From positions 28,458,001-28,522,000 of the forward strand of contig NC_087447.1 of the NCBI RefSeq assembly GCF_036321535.1: a stretch of 64,000 bases of DNA. Direction: 5' to 3'. The DNA comes from Camelus dromedarius. Taxonomy: Eukaryota. Below the pieces are notes generated by a model. That model was not told where the DNA came from, made no database searches, and saw only the letters and a program-made list of their open reading frames with translations. The position numbers and the translations under genes are program-made. Below are positions 63,339 to 64,000 of this stretch, piece by piece (the first letter of the stretch is position 1; every line of letters begins with the position of its first letter).

Positions 63339-64000
63339 GAGTTCTGAGTTAAGTTTATTCCTAAGTATTTTATCATTTTTTATGCTATTGTAAATTAGAC
63401 TTTTTCATTAATTTAATTTTTGGATTGTTTATTGTTAGCTTATACAATGCCACTAATTTTTGTGTCTTGATTTTGTGTCTTGCAACTTTGCTGAATTCAT
63501 TTACTAGTTCTACCAGTTTTTTTTTTGTGTTAAATCTCCTGGGTTTTCTACATATAAAATCATGTAATCTGTGAACAGAGGTAATTTTACTTCTTTCTTT
63601 TCAACTTGGATGCCTTTTATATCTTTTTCTTGCCTAATTGCTACAGCTAGGACTTTCAGCACTATATTGAATAGAAGTGTTACCACAGAGTGGGCATCTT
63701 TGCCTTGTTCCAGATCTTGAAAGAAAAGTTTTCAGTTTTTCACAATTAAGTATGATGTTAGCTGTGAATTTTTCATATATGGCCTCTATTGTGTTGAGGT
63801 AGTTTTCTTCGATTCCTGGTTTGTTGAGTGTTTCCATCATGAAAGGGTGTTGGATTTTGTCAAATGCTTTTTCTACGTCCATTGAGATAACTATTTAATA
63901 TCTGTCCTTAATTCCGTTAAAGTGGTATATTACATTGATTTTCACATGTTGAGCCATCTTTGCATTTCAGTAATAAATCCCACTTGGTCATAGTATATAA

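Larger units (their letters stand above)
57650..64000 (-). mobile_element. Old L1 (L1MA/MB-class) ORF2 region in segments ~57650-58489, 61616-62137 and ~63348-64000, split by nested inserts
   Basis: translated pieces match L1 ORF2: [12 protein letters not shown]...ANIILN..SGTRQ.CPL (RT, 63634-63882) and KFIW..K.P.TAKTIL (61849-62073); many disablements. Confidence 0.9.

Noticed and set aside
63634-63882. 82-aa ORF with clear reverse-transcriptase motifs
   Set aside because: Fragment of a decayed L1 ORF2; it frameshifts after 'CPL' and is not a functional gene.

Overview
Mammalian non-coding genomic DNA: AT-rich, CpG-poor and dense in ancient L2, MIR, MaLR/ERVL LTR and hAT repeats. It is most likely from a camelid, because it carries two tRNA-Ala-derived Vic-1-type SINEs and young cetartiodactyl/camelid-type L1 3' ends. 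I found no intact protein-coding exon, RNA gene or CRISPR-like array, so the window reads as intergenic or deep intronic. The provided ORFs are chance ORFs, gap-spanning artefacts or decayed L1 ORF2 pieces. Two things stand out. (1) A decayed, intronless DUSP28 retrocopy on the minus strand (CDS-homologous 62801-63338), which the ORF track misses because of frameshifts and stops. It sits inside an old L1 that also hosts a complete MLT1A-type provirus, itself interrupted by a young L1. (2) A Tigger1-derived DNA-transposon fragment (39020-39357) that ends in AATAAA plus poly(A) and is flanked by a ~16-bp duplication, so it looks retrotransposed rather than cut-and-pasted. Eight N runs are present; seven lie in L1 ORF2 sequence. 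Repeat subfamily names and the DUSP28 match come from recalled consensus sequences, not a database search, and boundaries of old repeats are approximate (tens of bp). I see no evidence for a new multi-gene biological system.
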